The position numbers and the translations under genes were made by a program. Below, in pieces: positions 7,577 to 15,483 of a DNA stretch of 17,665 nucleotides. The notes under the pieces were generated by a model. It made no database searches and was not told the DNA's origin. It was given only the letters and a program-made list of their open reading frames with translations. The stretch spans positions 1 to 17,665 of the forward strand of contig CAZWSR010000013.1 in NCBI GenBank assembly GCA_964636545.1. Direction: 5' to 3'. Each line of letters opens with the position of its first letter. Within the stretch, counting starts at the first letter, position 1. Source of the stretch: Candidatus Undinarchaeota archaeon (GTDB lineage Archaea; Undinarchaeota; Undinarchaeia; Undinarchaeales; UBA543).

Positions 7577-10498
7577 AGTTTTATTAAATCCAATACTGAT
7601 TTTGATTCCTTCAAACTCCAGTTCAGATTTTTCTTTTGCTTTTGTCTCATCACCTACTTTTAATTCTTTTGCTCCGACTTTTTGAGTAATCTCTTTTGCA
7701 AACCGGTTAACTGCATTCTTTGCAAAGTCATCTGATGTTGAGACAATTAATTTAATTTGCTCGCCAACTTTAAGGCCAGCTTTCTTCCGCATTACTTGCA
7801 CTTGTCGCATTACTTCTCTTGATAGTGCTTCTTCCTTAATGTCTTGAGTCATTTTTGTGTCAAGATAGATTTTTCCAAATTCAAATTCTTTTTCAACACC
7901 TGCTAGTTTTCCTGAGTTCAATGATTTCACATTTGCTTGCTCTAAAATAACATTTTCAAATGTCTTGAGTGCTTTCTTTACCGTGTCGTCGCCATCCACA
8001 GCAAGCTGTTTAAGTGGCCAACGGAGTTTGATTTTTGCTTCTTCTCTTGCAAATCTAGCAGTTTCCACAATCATTCGCGCATTGCACATTTGCTTTTCAA
8101 ATTCTGGATTGACAAGTTTTGTATTTGGTTTTGGCCAGTCAAGCAAATGAATTGATTCTGGTAAACTTTTTGAAAGTGGTTTGATTATGTTGAGATAAAT
8201 TTCCTCAGACATCATTGGCAAAAGCGGTGCTGAAAGTACAAGGAAGGTTTTCAAAGATTCATAAAGAACCTTGAATGCAACAAGCTTGTCGGCGCCTGTT
8301 GCAGAAACCCAAGTTCTGTCTCTGATAAGTTTGACATACCAGCGTGACAAGTCCTCAACAAGGAATTCATGCAAAAGTTTTGGAACTTGAGGGAATTCAT
8401 AATCCTCAAATGCCTGTGTAAGCTTCTGGTTTAGTGAATTTACTCTTGAAAAAATCCATTTATCTTCTGGTTTTAGTTTTTTCAAGTCAAGTTTGTATTC
8501 TTCAGGATTAAATCCAGCTTCGTCCATGTATTTTGTGAATTTTGCAACATTCCAGAGAATATTAAGTGCTTTGTAAGACTCTTTTAGATTTTCCCAGTTG
8601 AAACGCATGTCCTCGCCATTAGCTGCCCCACCAATTGAGTAGAACCTCCAAGCTTCTGAGCCAACTTTTTCAATAACTTCTTCGGGTGCTGTAACATTTC
8701 CAAGTGATTTTGACATTTTCAAACCTTTATCATCAACAACAAAGCCGTGCATGTATACGCTTTTGTAAGAAGATTTTCCATGTGAAAGCATACTCAAACA
8801 CATAAGTGAATTAAACCATCCGCGAATCTGATCCTTGCCTTCTGTAATAAATTCACAAGGGAACCATTTGTCAAGCTCGGTTTTCTTTTCTGGGAACGGA
8901 AGTGTTGCCCATGGAGCTGCTCCAGAGTCGAGCCAGACATCAAGAATATCTGGAATTCGAGTCATTTCTTTTCCACAATCCTTGCATTTGAATTTGATTT
9001 TGTCAATCCATGGCCTGTGTAAATCTTTAACTTCTTTTGGAAGCTCGCTCCTACTCCCAATAACTTTCAAGTGACCATTTTCACAACGCCAAATCGGGAG
9101 AGGAATTCCCCAGAAACGCTGACGGGAAATACACCAATCCTGAAGATTTTCAAGCCAGTCTCGGAACCATCGTTCTCCAGCCCAGTCTGGAACCCACTTG
9201 ATTTTCTTGTTTTCCTCAATCATTTTTTCCTTGAGGTCAGTAACTTTAAGATACCAATTTGGAGCTGCTCTGAAAATAACAGGAGATTTGCAACGCCAGC
9301 AGTGTGCATACTCGTGGTCAATATCTGCTTCACGAGCTAGCAAACCTTTGTCTTTTACAAATCCAATGAATTTTTTATTGTCCTTGCTAGCGTTTAGGCC
9401 AGCGTATGGTCCAGCTTCTTCTGTGAAATTTCCACCTTCATCCACTAATGAAAATGCAGGAATATCCATTTTTCTGCCAACTTCAAAATCCTCAGCACCG
9501 CAACCAGGAGCACAATGAACACATCCAGAACCAGCTGAAAGAGTCACGAAACCGTGGAACATATCATCGCCAACTGGCTGAACAGTAAATGCATTTGGAT
9601 GTTTTTTCCTAATTTCTTTAAGTGCAGGAATGTCTTCTTCAAATGGTTGAATATATTCAAGTCCTTTCAAATCTTCTCCGCGAATTGTTTCAAGAAGTTC
9701 GTATTTTTGATCCATTATTCCAAGAAGCGCAATTACAAAGTTTTTTGCAAGAATCCATTTCTCTTTTCCAACTTTGATCTTAGCATATTCAAAATCAGGA
9801 TGAACCGCTACCATTTGATTAAATGGAAGTGTCCAAGGAGTTGTTGTCCAAATTAAGATGTATTCATCTTTCTTTCCCTTAAGTGGAAATTTGACATAAA
9901 TAGAAGTGTCTTTTCGGTTTTTGTATTCTAATTCGTGTTTTGCAAGAGCAGTTGCGCATCGCCAGCACCAAGTAATTGATTTTGGACCTTCGTAAAGTAG
10001 GCCTTTTTTGTGCGCTTCAGCAAGTGCCCACCAAGCACCTTCAATATAAGAATTATCAATTGTCCGGTATGGCTTTTCCCAATCCATCCAAACACCAAGT
10101 CGAGCGAACTGCTTATTCATTTGATCAAGATTATCAAGACCGAACTTTCTACACTCTTCAATAAACTTATCCATACCAATTTTTTCAAAAATCTCTTGTT
10201 TATTCTTGATTCCGAGCTTTTCCTCTACCTTTACTTCAATTGGAAGGCCGTGCATGTCGTATCCTGGCTGTGTGCGCACATTGTAGCCCTGCATACGCTT
10301 GTAACGCAGGAACATGTCTTTCATGACCTTGTTCCATGCAGTTCCGAGGTGGATTGAACCAGTTGTGTAAGGAGGACCATCAATAAATCGGAATCTATCT
10401 GCTTTTTCAGTTTTTTTCTTGCATTTAGCAAATGTTTTCTTAGAATCCCAGTGCTTCAGGATTTTTTCCTCGATTTTTTGTGGGTTGAATTTATCCAT
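7562..10498 (-). CDS. ileS: Isoleucine--tRNA ligase (archaeal/eukaryote-like type)
   Basis: DGPPYTTGSIHLGTA (HIGH), WTTTPWTLP, DWCISRQRFWGIPLP, EGKDQIRGWF, KMSKS. Confidence 0.97.
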   Translation of the reverse strand: MDKFNPQKIEEKILKHWDSKKTFAKCKKKTEKADRFRFIDGPPYTTGSIHLGTAWNKVMKDMFLRYKRMQGYNVRTQPGYDMHGLPIEVKVEEKLGIKNKQEIFEKIGMDKFIEECRKFGLDNLDQMNKQFARLGVWMDWEKPYRTIDNSYIEGAWWALAEAHKKGLLYEGPKSITWCWRCATALAKHELEYKNRKDTSIYVKFPLKGKKDEYILIWTTTPWTLPFNQMVAVHPDFEYAKIKVGKEKWILAKNFVIALLGIMDQKYELLETIRGEDLKGLEYIQPFEEDIPALKEIRKKHPNAFTVQPVGDDMFHGFVTLSAGSGCVHCAPGCGAEDFEVGRKMDIPAFSLVDEGGNFTEEAGPYAGLNASKDNKKFIGFVKDKGLLAREADIDHEYAHCWRCKSPVIFRAAPNWYLKVTDLKEKMIEENKKIKWVPDWAGERWFRDWLENLQDWCISRQRFWGIPLPIWRCENGHLKVIGSRSELPKEVKDLHRPWIDKIKFKCKDCGKEMTRIPDILDVWLDSGAAPWATLPFPEKKTELDKWFPCEFITEGKDQIRGWFNSLMCLSMLSHGKSSYKSVYMHGFVVDDKGLKMSKSLGNVTAPEEVIEKVGSEAWRFYSIGGAANGEDMRFNWENLKESYKALNILWNVAKFTKYMDEAGFNPEEYKLDLKKLKPEDKWIFSRVNSLNQKLTQAFEDYEFPQVPKLLHEFLVEDLSRWYVKLIRDRTWVSATGADKLVAFKVLYESLKTFLVLSAPLLPMMSEEIYLNIIKPLSKSLPESIHLLDWPKPNTKLVNPEFEKQMCNARMIVETARFAREEAKIKLRWPLKQLAVDGDDTVKKALKTFENVILEQANVKSLNSGKLAGVEKEFEFGKIYLDTKMTQDIKEEALSREVMRQVQVMRKKAGLKVGEQIKLIVSTSDDFAKNAVNRFAKEITQKVGAKELKVGDETKAKEKSELEFEGIKISIGFNKTGPVA

Positions 10499-10521
10499 TG
10501 TTTTCGACTCTGTTTTTTGAA

Positions 10522-10531
10522 TTTATATATA
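10522..10531 (-). promoter_or_regulatory. Candidate proximal TATA box of ileS
   Basis: GGGAAG-TATATATAAA ending 23 nt before the ileS ATG, the same spacing seen for other genes in this window. Confidence 0.5.
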
Positions 10532-10534
10532 CTT

Positions 10535-10612
10535 CCCAGTGCCCCCGGAAATTTTTGAAAAGGAGCACAGGGTTTTCACTAGAATTATCGTATTATTATG
10601 ATAATGCTAGTG
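10535..10612 (-). promoter_or_regulatory. Structured ileS leader: two tandem hairpins (10577-10612 and 10535-10572)
   Basis: CACTAG-C-ATTATC...GATAAT-T-CTAGTG, and CCC-T-GTGCTCC...GGGGCAC-T-GGG. Confidence 0.65.
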
Positions 10613-10623
10613 TCTGTGTTCAT
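10585..10623 (-). CDS. Putative isoleucine leader peptide MNTDTSIIIIIR upstream of ileS
   Basis: ATG AAC ACA GAC ACT AGC ATT ATC ATA ATA ATA CGA TAA, on the same strand as ileS, ending 86 nt before its ATG. TATTTAAA box 23 nt upstream of the ATG. Confidence 0.8.
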   Translation of the reverse strand: MNTDTSIIIIIR

Positions 10624-10646
10624 TGAATTTAACCTAACAGTGTCTG

Positions 10647-10654
10647 TTTAAATA
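10647..10654 (-). promoter_or_regulatory. TATA box for the leader-peptide transcript (leaderless start)
   Basis: AATAAAG-TATTTAAA ending 23 nt before the leader ATG. Confidence 0.6.
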
Positions 10655-10709
10655 CTTTATTATAGGATTAGAGAAAAGTTTAAATAAACTTGAGGAGTAA
10701 TTGATTAAA

Positions 10710-11177
10710 ATGAGAAAGAAAACAAATATTCAGTTTGATGAGAAAAATGAAAGAAAAATACAAGCATCAGAGATGATAAAAAATCTTAGAGTTATAATTG
10801 ATGATGATCTTGAGGAAATTATGGAAATGGAAAATGAAGCAGATCATCTTGATGGAGCAATAGACACAGCAGATACAAAATTAGCAAATCTTAGTGGAGA
10901 ATTATTGAAAATTAAAAAGAGAGTTGAGTTGTTTAAAAAAGAAAATATTACAGAAATTATGGATGACATGATAGAAGACGCTGAAGAAGGTTTGGAGGAA
11001 GTTAGGGGTTTAGCTAGTACACAGGATTTTGAGGGGGCTGTTTTAAAAGCAAAAAAGACTTTAAAGAAAATTGATAAACAGTTGGGTGGCCGCAATAAGA
11101 GTCTTAGAAATATAGTAATAGGTATAGAACAATATAGAGAGGCAGGCGAAGATCATCCATTAAACAAAAACCACTGA
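10710..11177 (+). CDS. Hypothetical charged, helical/coiled-coil protein
   Basis: E/K/D-rich ORF. GAAAAG-TTTAAATA (10679-10686) lies 23 nt before ATG 10710; TTG 10701 with GAGGAG is an alternative start. Confidence 0.7.
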   Translation: MRKKTNIQFDEKNERKIQASEMIKNLRVIIDDDLEEIMEMENEADHLDGAIDTADTKLANLSGELLKIKKRVELFKKENITEIMDDMIEDAEEGLEEVRGLASTQDFEGAVLKAKKTLKKIDKQLGGRNKSLRNIVIGIEQYREAGEDHPLNKNH

Positions 11178-11181
11178 TTAT

Positions 11182-12306
11182 CTAATGCATTTTCGCCCTA
11201 GCAATCTGCTCATTCCCTGCAATTCTTTGGATAACTGTTTTGTCTGGATGACTAAAATAACTTACAGCAACTTCATCATACAAGTCAGCAGCGTTTGTAG
11301 AACCGTGTTCTCGCAAATAGTTTGCAAATTCTCTTCTTCCAACACCAAGGTCACCGAAATCTGCAATTGTTTTTGTATTTCGAATATGATTTACTGCACG
11401 CAGTGAAAGTTGTTTGTTCCAAGAAAGTATCTGACTCAAACTCTTACGATCCCCGTTATTTTTTAGACTAATCATCCAAAATGGTCCAAGGTGAGCTCCA
11501 CTAACTCCGCTAGTTGCACCATTTTTCCAAGCAGTTAAGAATTCAACTACTGGTGCTTTGAGTTCTTTTGATCCAGGTTCATTTGGATCCTGAAGATAAA
11601 TGAATTCAGAATCATAGCCAGATACAACAAAGAAGTGAGAGAAGTGGGTTCCATCCTTATTTTCTTCCCAGAAACTTGACTGGTTTGCGAATGTGGTTTC
11701 AAGATAAAATGCATCAACATTAACTTCAACTGGATTTTTATTGCTTATAGCAAGTTTTAGTTGATGAAGTGCCTCGTCTGCATCAGCAACATAAATTATA
11801 TTAGCAGTTGAGTTTTCAAAATTATAATCAAGTATTTTTGAACGAGCAAGACCCTTCTCGCGCAGAACCATGTGAATATCGTAACCAAGATTATCTGCAG
11901 CTTCAATAATTGAGCGCTCTCGGAAATTGTTGTAGAGACCCATTCGTTTGTCATATTTTGCATTTGAACCAACACCAGAATGAGCAATTACATCATAAAA
12001 TTGCAGACTAGAATCATCATAAAGCGTTAGCATTGCAAAGGAACCAAGATAGGAAAGTGCTCGTGCTTCATACCAGGACTCATTATCTTCAGTGAGAAGT
12101 GTTGCCCCAGAATAAACATGAGGAACTTCAAGTTTCATTGAATCAGCAATAAGGACTGTTTCAGATTCTGTAGTTGTTTCAGTATCAGAGACAGCTGTTT
12201 CTTCAGCAGTTTCCCCAATAGTTTCAGAATCTGTTTCTTCTGAAGTACTTACGCATCCGCTAAAAAGAATTACAAAAATCAATAGCAAGAGAACAAACTT
12301 TTTCAT
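11182..12306 (-). CDS. Predicted lipoprotein with C39-peptidase-like (BtrH N-terminal-like) domain
   Basis: Signal peptide with lipobox MKKFVLLLLIFVILFSG-C; T/E/S-rich linker; LEVPHV, GSFAML, PVEVNVDAFYL, HFFVVSGYDSEFIYLQDP resemble the C39-like fold pattern. Confidence 0.65.
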   Translation of the reverse strand: MKKFVLLLLIFVILFSGCVSTSEETDSETIGETAEETAVSDTETTTESETVLIADSMKLEVPHVYSGATLLTEDNESWYEARALSYLGSFAMLTLYDDSSLQFYDVIAHSGVGSNAKYDKRMGLYNNFRERSIIEAADNLGYDIHMVLREKGLARSKILDYNFENSTANIIYVADADEALHQLKLAISNKNPVEVNVDAFYLETTFANQSSFWEENKDGTHFSHFFVVSGYDSEFIYLQDPNEPGSKELKAPVVEFLTAWKNGATSGVSGAHLGPFWMISLKNNGDRKSLSQILSWNKQLSLRAVNHIRNTKTIADFGDLGVGRREFANYLREHGSTNAADLYDEVAVSYFSHPDKTVIQRIAGNEQIARAKMH

Positions 12307-13691
12307 TTTTTAATTTTCCGGTGATATTTCACTTTGAATTTGAGTTCAGTGTGTTTGAATAAGTCAAACCAGCGGTAGAACAACCATCCAAACAAAATCA
12401 GAATCACTCCGCCAAGGATTATCATAATTCCAAGATTTCCAATTAAGAAAATACAGAACAGAATTCCAAGAACAGGAATTATCGGGACTTTTCCAATTTT
12501 TCCAGGAACTCGGAATGGGCGCTTCAAATTCGGTTCTTTAACTCTTAGCCAAATAAGTGCAGCATTGACAGAAATAAATGTCAAGAATATAGCAAGGTTG
12601 GTCATTTCAGCTATCATTCCAATATTATTGCTGAGCAAAAGAATTGATCCAAGAAGACACACTGCAATAATTGCTTTCCAAGGAGTTTTTCTTTTTGAGT
12701 GGATGTGTGATAAGAACGATGGGAGTGAATGCTCGCCACCCATCCCATATGCAATTCTTGAAGCAGCCATAATTGAAACAAGATTAGTGTTGAAAGTTGA
12801 AATCAAAGCAACTATTCCAAGGACAATGAAAATCTTACCACCAAGAACAGTTGCACCAATATCTGCAAGTGGAGCAGCAGAGGCACCTAAAGCTCGCCAG
12901 TCCATAACACTAACAGCAGATAATGAAACAAGTATGTAGAGAATTGTTGTGATTGCTATGGAAAGTATCAGTGCTCTTGGAATCACTTTTTCAGCATTTT
13001 TGGTTTCTTCAGAAAGCTTCACAATGCTTTCAAATCCAATAAATGCAAAGAAAATAAGTGCTGCTGCTGAGAAAATTCCATCGAACCCATTTGGCATTTC
13101 AAAAAAGTTTATTGAGCCAGAAGATACTGCAGAAAAGAAGTGTGGTAGGCCGATGACTATTATGAATATTAATCCACCAACTTCAATTAATGTGAACAAG
13201 AGATTGAGTTTTGTTGATTCGCGTATACCAATATAGTTGATAATTCCAATTGTAACTATCATCAAAAAGGCGATTAGGGTTTTTGGACCACCAAATACAG
13301 CAGAGAAATATCCAGCAAAACCAATAGCAATAGCCGTGACAGCAATGACTGTTGCTGACAGAACTAGCCACCCAACAAAGAACGCCATTTTCTTTCCAAA
13401 AGCAGATTCAGCATAAACATATTCGCCAGCATCTGAAGGAAATGCAGAAGATAACTCAGCATAACTTAGACCAGACAAAATAGCAACAGCAGAACTTAGA
13501 ATTAATGCAAGCCATAATGAATTTCCAGCCATCCCAGCTGCAACACCAACAAGTGCATAGATTCCTGCACCAGAGATAATTCCAACACCACAAGATGTTG
13601 CTTCAAGCAATCCAAGGTTTTTCTTCAGCGTGAGCTTCTTTTTGTCAACAAGTTGCTTGTGATGATGATGTTGTTCTATCTTACCAACCAT
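12303..13691 (-). CDS. APC superfamily amino acid permease
   Basis: LKKNLGL, GIISGAGIY, LSYAELSSAFPSDAGEYVY, FFAFIGFE, EETKNAEKVIPRA, RPFRVP. Start set at ATG 13691 (MVGKIEQ) because the longer ORF overlaps the divergent gene. Confidence 0.93.
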   Translation of the reverse strand: MVGKIEQHHHHKQLVDKKKLTLKKNLGLLEATSCGVGIISGAGIYALVGVAAGMAGNSLWLALILSSAVAILSGLSYAELSSAFPSDAGEYVYAESAFGKKMAFFVGWLVLSATVIAVTAIAIGFAGYFSAVFGGPKTLIAFLMIVTIGIINYIGIRESTKLNLLFTLIEVGGLIFIIVIGLPHFFSAVSSGSINFFEMPNGFDGIFSAAALIFFAFIGFESIVKLSEETKNAEKVIPRALILSIAITTILYILVSLSAVSVMDWRALGASAAPLADIGATVLGGKIFIVLGIVALISTFNTNLVSIMAASRIAYGMGGEHSLPSFLSHIHSKRKTPWKAIIAVCLLGSILLLSNNIGMIAEMTNLAIFLTFISVNAALIWLRVKEPNLKRPFRVPGKIGKVPIIPVLGILFCIFLIGNLGIMIILGGVILILFGWLFYRWFDLFKHTELKFKVKYHRKIKK

Positions 13692-13751
13692 GAAAATGAG
13701 TATGAAACAGAGGTATTTAAAGATTATAGTTGGGGCAAAAGAATAAATAGT

Positions 13752-14150
13752 ATGAAAGAGAATTTGCATAACATGGGAAGGGAAAATGACAGAGTTGGAC
13801 ATTTAGAGAAGGAACTAAAGTCAGAAATTGATCCAGAGAAAATGCTGAGGCTGATTTTTGAGTTTATTAATTTCAAGCGCGCTAATACAGATATTTATTT
13901 TATGTTAAACAACAGTAAAAGACCAATGACTGTAAATGATTTGTGTAAAGAATTGCCATATTCGGAAAGGACATTGCGGACATATTTGGGAATGTTGACA
14001 GACAAACAGTATGTCAAGAAAGTACCTTGCATACGAGACCGACCTTGCTTTGCTTACAAAACAATACCACCATCAGAAGTTTGGGGATTAATGGTTGAAG
14101 AAATGCGTAGGATTAAGAGAGAAGCTAGCAAGTCACTGGGCGAGTTTTAG
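13752..14150 (+). CDS. Winged-helix HTH transcriptional regulator (TrmB/ArsR/MarR-like)
   Basis: IYFMLNNSKRPMTVNDLCKELPYSERTLRTYLGMLTDKQYVKK...RPCFAYKTIPPSEV. Start is 13752 or 13773. Confidence 0.8.
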   Translation: MKENLHNMGRENDRVGHLEKELKSEIDPEKMLRLIFEFINFKRANTDIYFMLNNSKRPMTVNDLCKELPYSERTLRTYLGMLTDKQYVKKVPCIRDRPCFAYKTIPPSEVWGLMVEEMRRIKREASKSLGEF

Positions 14151-14737
14151 AATAAATCCAAAACAAATTTGTGTGGAGCTTGTGATGTAAATCCAAGTAT
14201 TGATGAGTAGCCAACAGTATGCCCAATTACAACAATAATTTGACCTTCCAGATCAGTAGGAATATCTTCAAACAACAAATATCCTTCAACTTCTCCGTCG
14301 TGTGGAATGTCTGCCCATTCTACATTTGTGCTTGAAACTTTGTACAAAGTAGGGATTTTTTGGATTGTTGCTTTTTCCCACATAAAAGTTTCTGCGTTGT
14401 CTCCAACATTATGTGCCCAAATATCAAGTCTGAAATAAGTTACACCATCTCGCTCAAAATATCCCATTGATTTCAACTCAGTTTCAAATAAACCATAGTC
14501 GTGGCGCTTGTTGACGATTTGCTGATGATAAACATCAGCTGGTGGTTCAATAACCTCAACTGGAGGATCTACAATATTGGCACCAACATTAGAGCCGCCA
14601 ACAAAAGCACCAGTTTCAGGAACTACCCTTCCACCTTGCATGTTGTAAAATATTAGTAAAACAAGAAGGAACGCAATTACAAGGAACGCTATGATATAGT
14701 TGCGGTTTTCGTGGATAAAAGATTTCTTTTCACTCAT
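14147..14737 (-). CDS. Membrane-anchored hypothetical protein with a beta-rich extracellular domain (possibly DUF4352-like)
   Basis: Single N-terminal TM helix; C-terminal RLDIWAHNVGD...IPHDGEVEGYLLFEDIP pattern. Confidence 0.65.
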   Translation of the reverse strand: MSEKKSFIHENRNYIIAFLVIAFLLVLLIFYNMQGGRVVPETGAFVGGSNVGANIVDPPVEVIEPPADVYHQQIVNKRHDYGLFETELKSMGYFERDGVTYFRLDIWAHNVGDNAETFMWEKATIQKIPTLYKVSSTNVEWADIPHDGEVEGYLLFEDIPTDLEGQIIVVIGHTVGYSSILGFTSQAPHKFVLDLF

Positions 14738-14783
14738 GTTCAACAGTATACTTTATTAATATATAAAGCTTAATAATTGAGAT

Positions 14784-15479
14784 ATGAATTTAGAAATAAC
14801 ACCTGGGATAATAATTGCACTAGATATTCCGATTTCTGAAGCAGGAGCACTTGTGCAAAAACTGAAGCCAGTTGAAGACAAAATCGCTGGCTACAAAGTT
14901 AGTTCATTAAATGCAATGGAGAACGGGCTTAAGGCAACTGTTGCTGAATTGCGGCAATTCACTGAAAAACCAATTATTTATGATCATCAAAAAGGTGGAA
15001 CAGATATTCCAAATATTGTAGAGAAGCAAGTTAAGCTAGCTTCTGAGTGTGGAATAAATTCCTTTATTGCAGTGCCGCTTGGTGCAGGTTCTGAAACCTT
15101 AACTGCTTTTGTTAATGCTTGCAAAGAAACGCATTTGCTACCGATTGTACTTTTATCAATGACACATGATGGAGCTGATGATTATTTAAAAGAAGAAACA
15201 GCTGATTTGATTTTTGAAAAAGCAAAAGAGTTGGGTGTGAAATATTTTGTAGCTCCGGGAAACAAGCCGCAGAAAATTTTGGAGCTGAAAGCAAAAATGG
15301 ATGCTGACATGTTTATTACTTCGCCTGGTGTTGGTGCACAGGGTGGAAAATGTGAAAGGTGTGTACAGGCTGGAACGGATTATCCAATTGTTGGGCGTGG
15401 TGTTTACGAAGCAGAAGATCCAGTGAAAGCTGTTGAAGAGTTGTTTGAACAGGCTAAAAAAGGGTTTGAGAAACGGTAG
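14784..15479 (+). CDS. pyrF: Orotidine 5'-phosphate decarboxylase
   Basis: IIIALD, GYKV, DHQKGGTDIPN, SMTH, SPGVGAQGG, IVGRGVYEA motifs; pyrE nearby. Confidence 0.9.
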   Translation: MNLEITPGIIIALDIPISEAGALVQKLKPVEDKIAGYKVSSLNAMENGLKATVAELRQFTEKPIIYDHQKGGTDIPNIVEKQVKLASECGINSFIAVPLGAGSETLTAFVNACKETHLLPIVLLSMTHDGADDYLKEETADLIFEKAKELGVKYFVAPGNKPQKILELKAKMDADMFITSPGVGAQGGKCERCVQAGTDYPIVGRGVYEAEDPVKAVEELFEQAKKGFEKR

Positions 15480-15483
15480 TTGA

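Noticed and set aside
7264-7685. ORFs 7264-7557 (-) and 7479-7685 (+)
   Set aside because: Overlap tRNA-Ile and ileS; shadow ORFs.
10499-10640. T-box riboswitch upstream of ileS
   Set aside because: No T-box consensus (AAGGTGGTACCGCG-like) or Stem I motifs; the uORF explains the region better.
13659-13670. HHHH near the permease N-terminus as a His-sensing or metal-binding element
   Set aside because: Only four residues in a variable tail; no supporting context.
13692-13802. N-terminal extensions of the permease (to 13802) and regulator (from 13653)
   Set aside because: They would overlap each other and the TATA box; downstream ATGs give normal domain starts.
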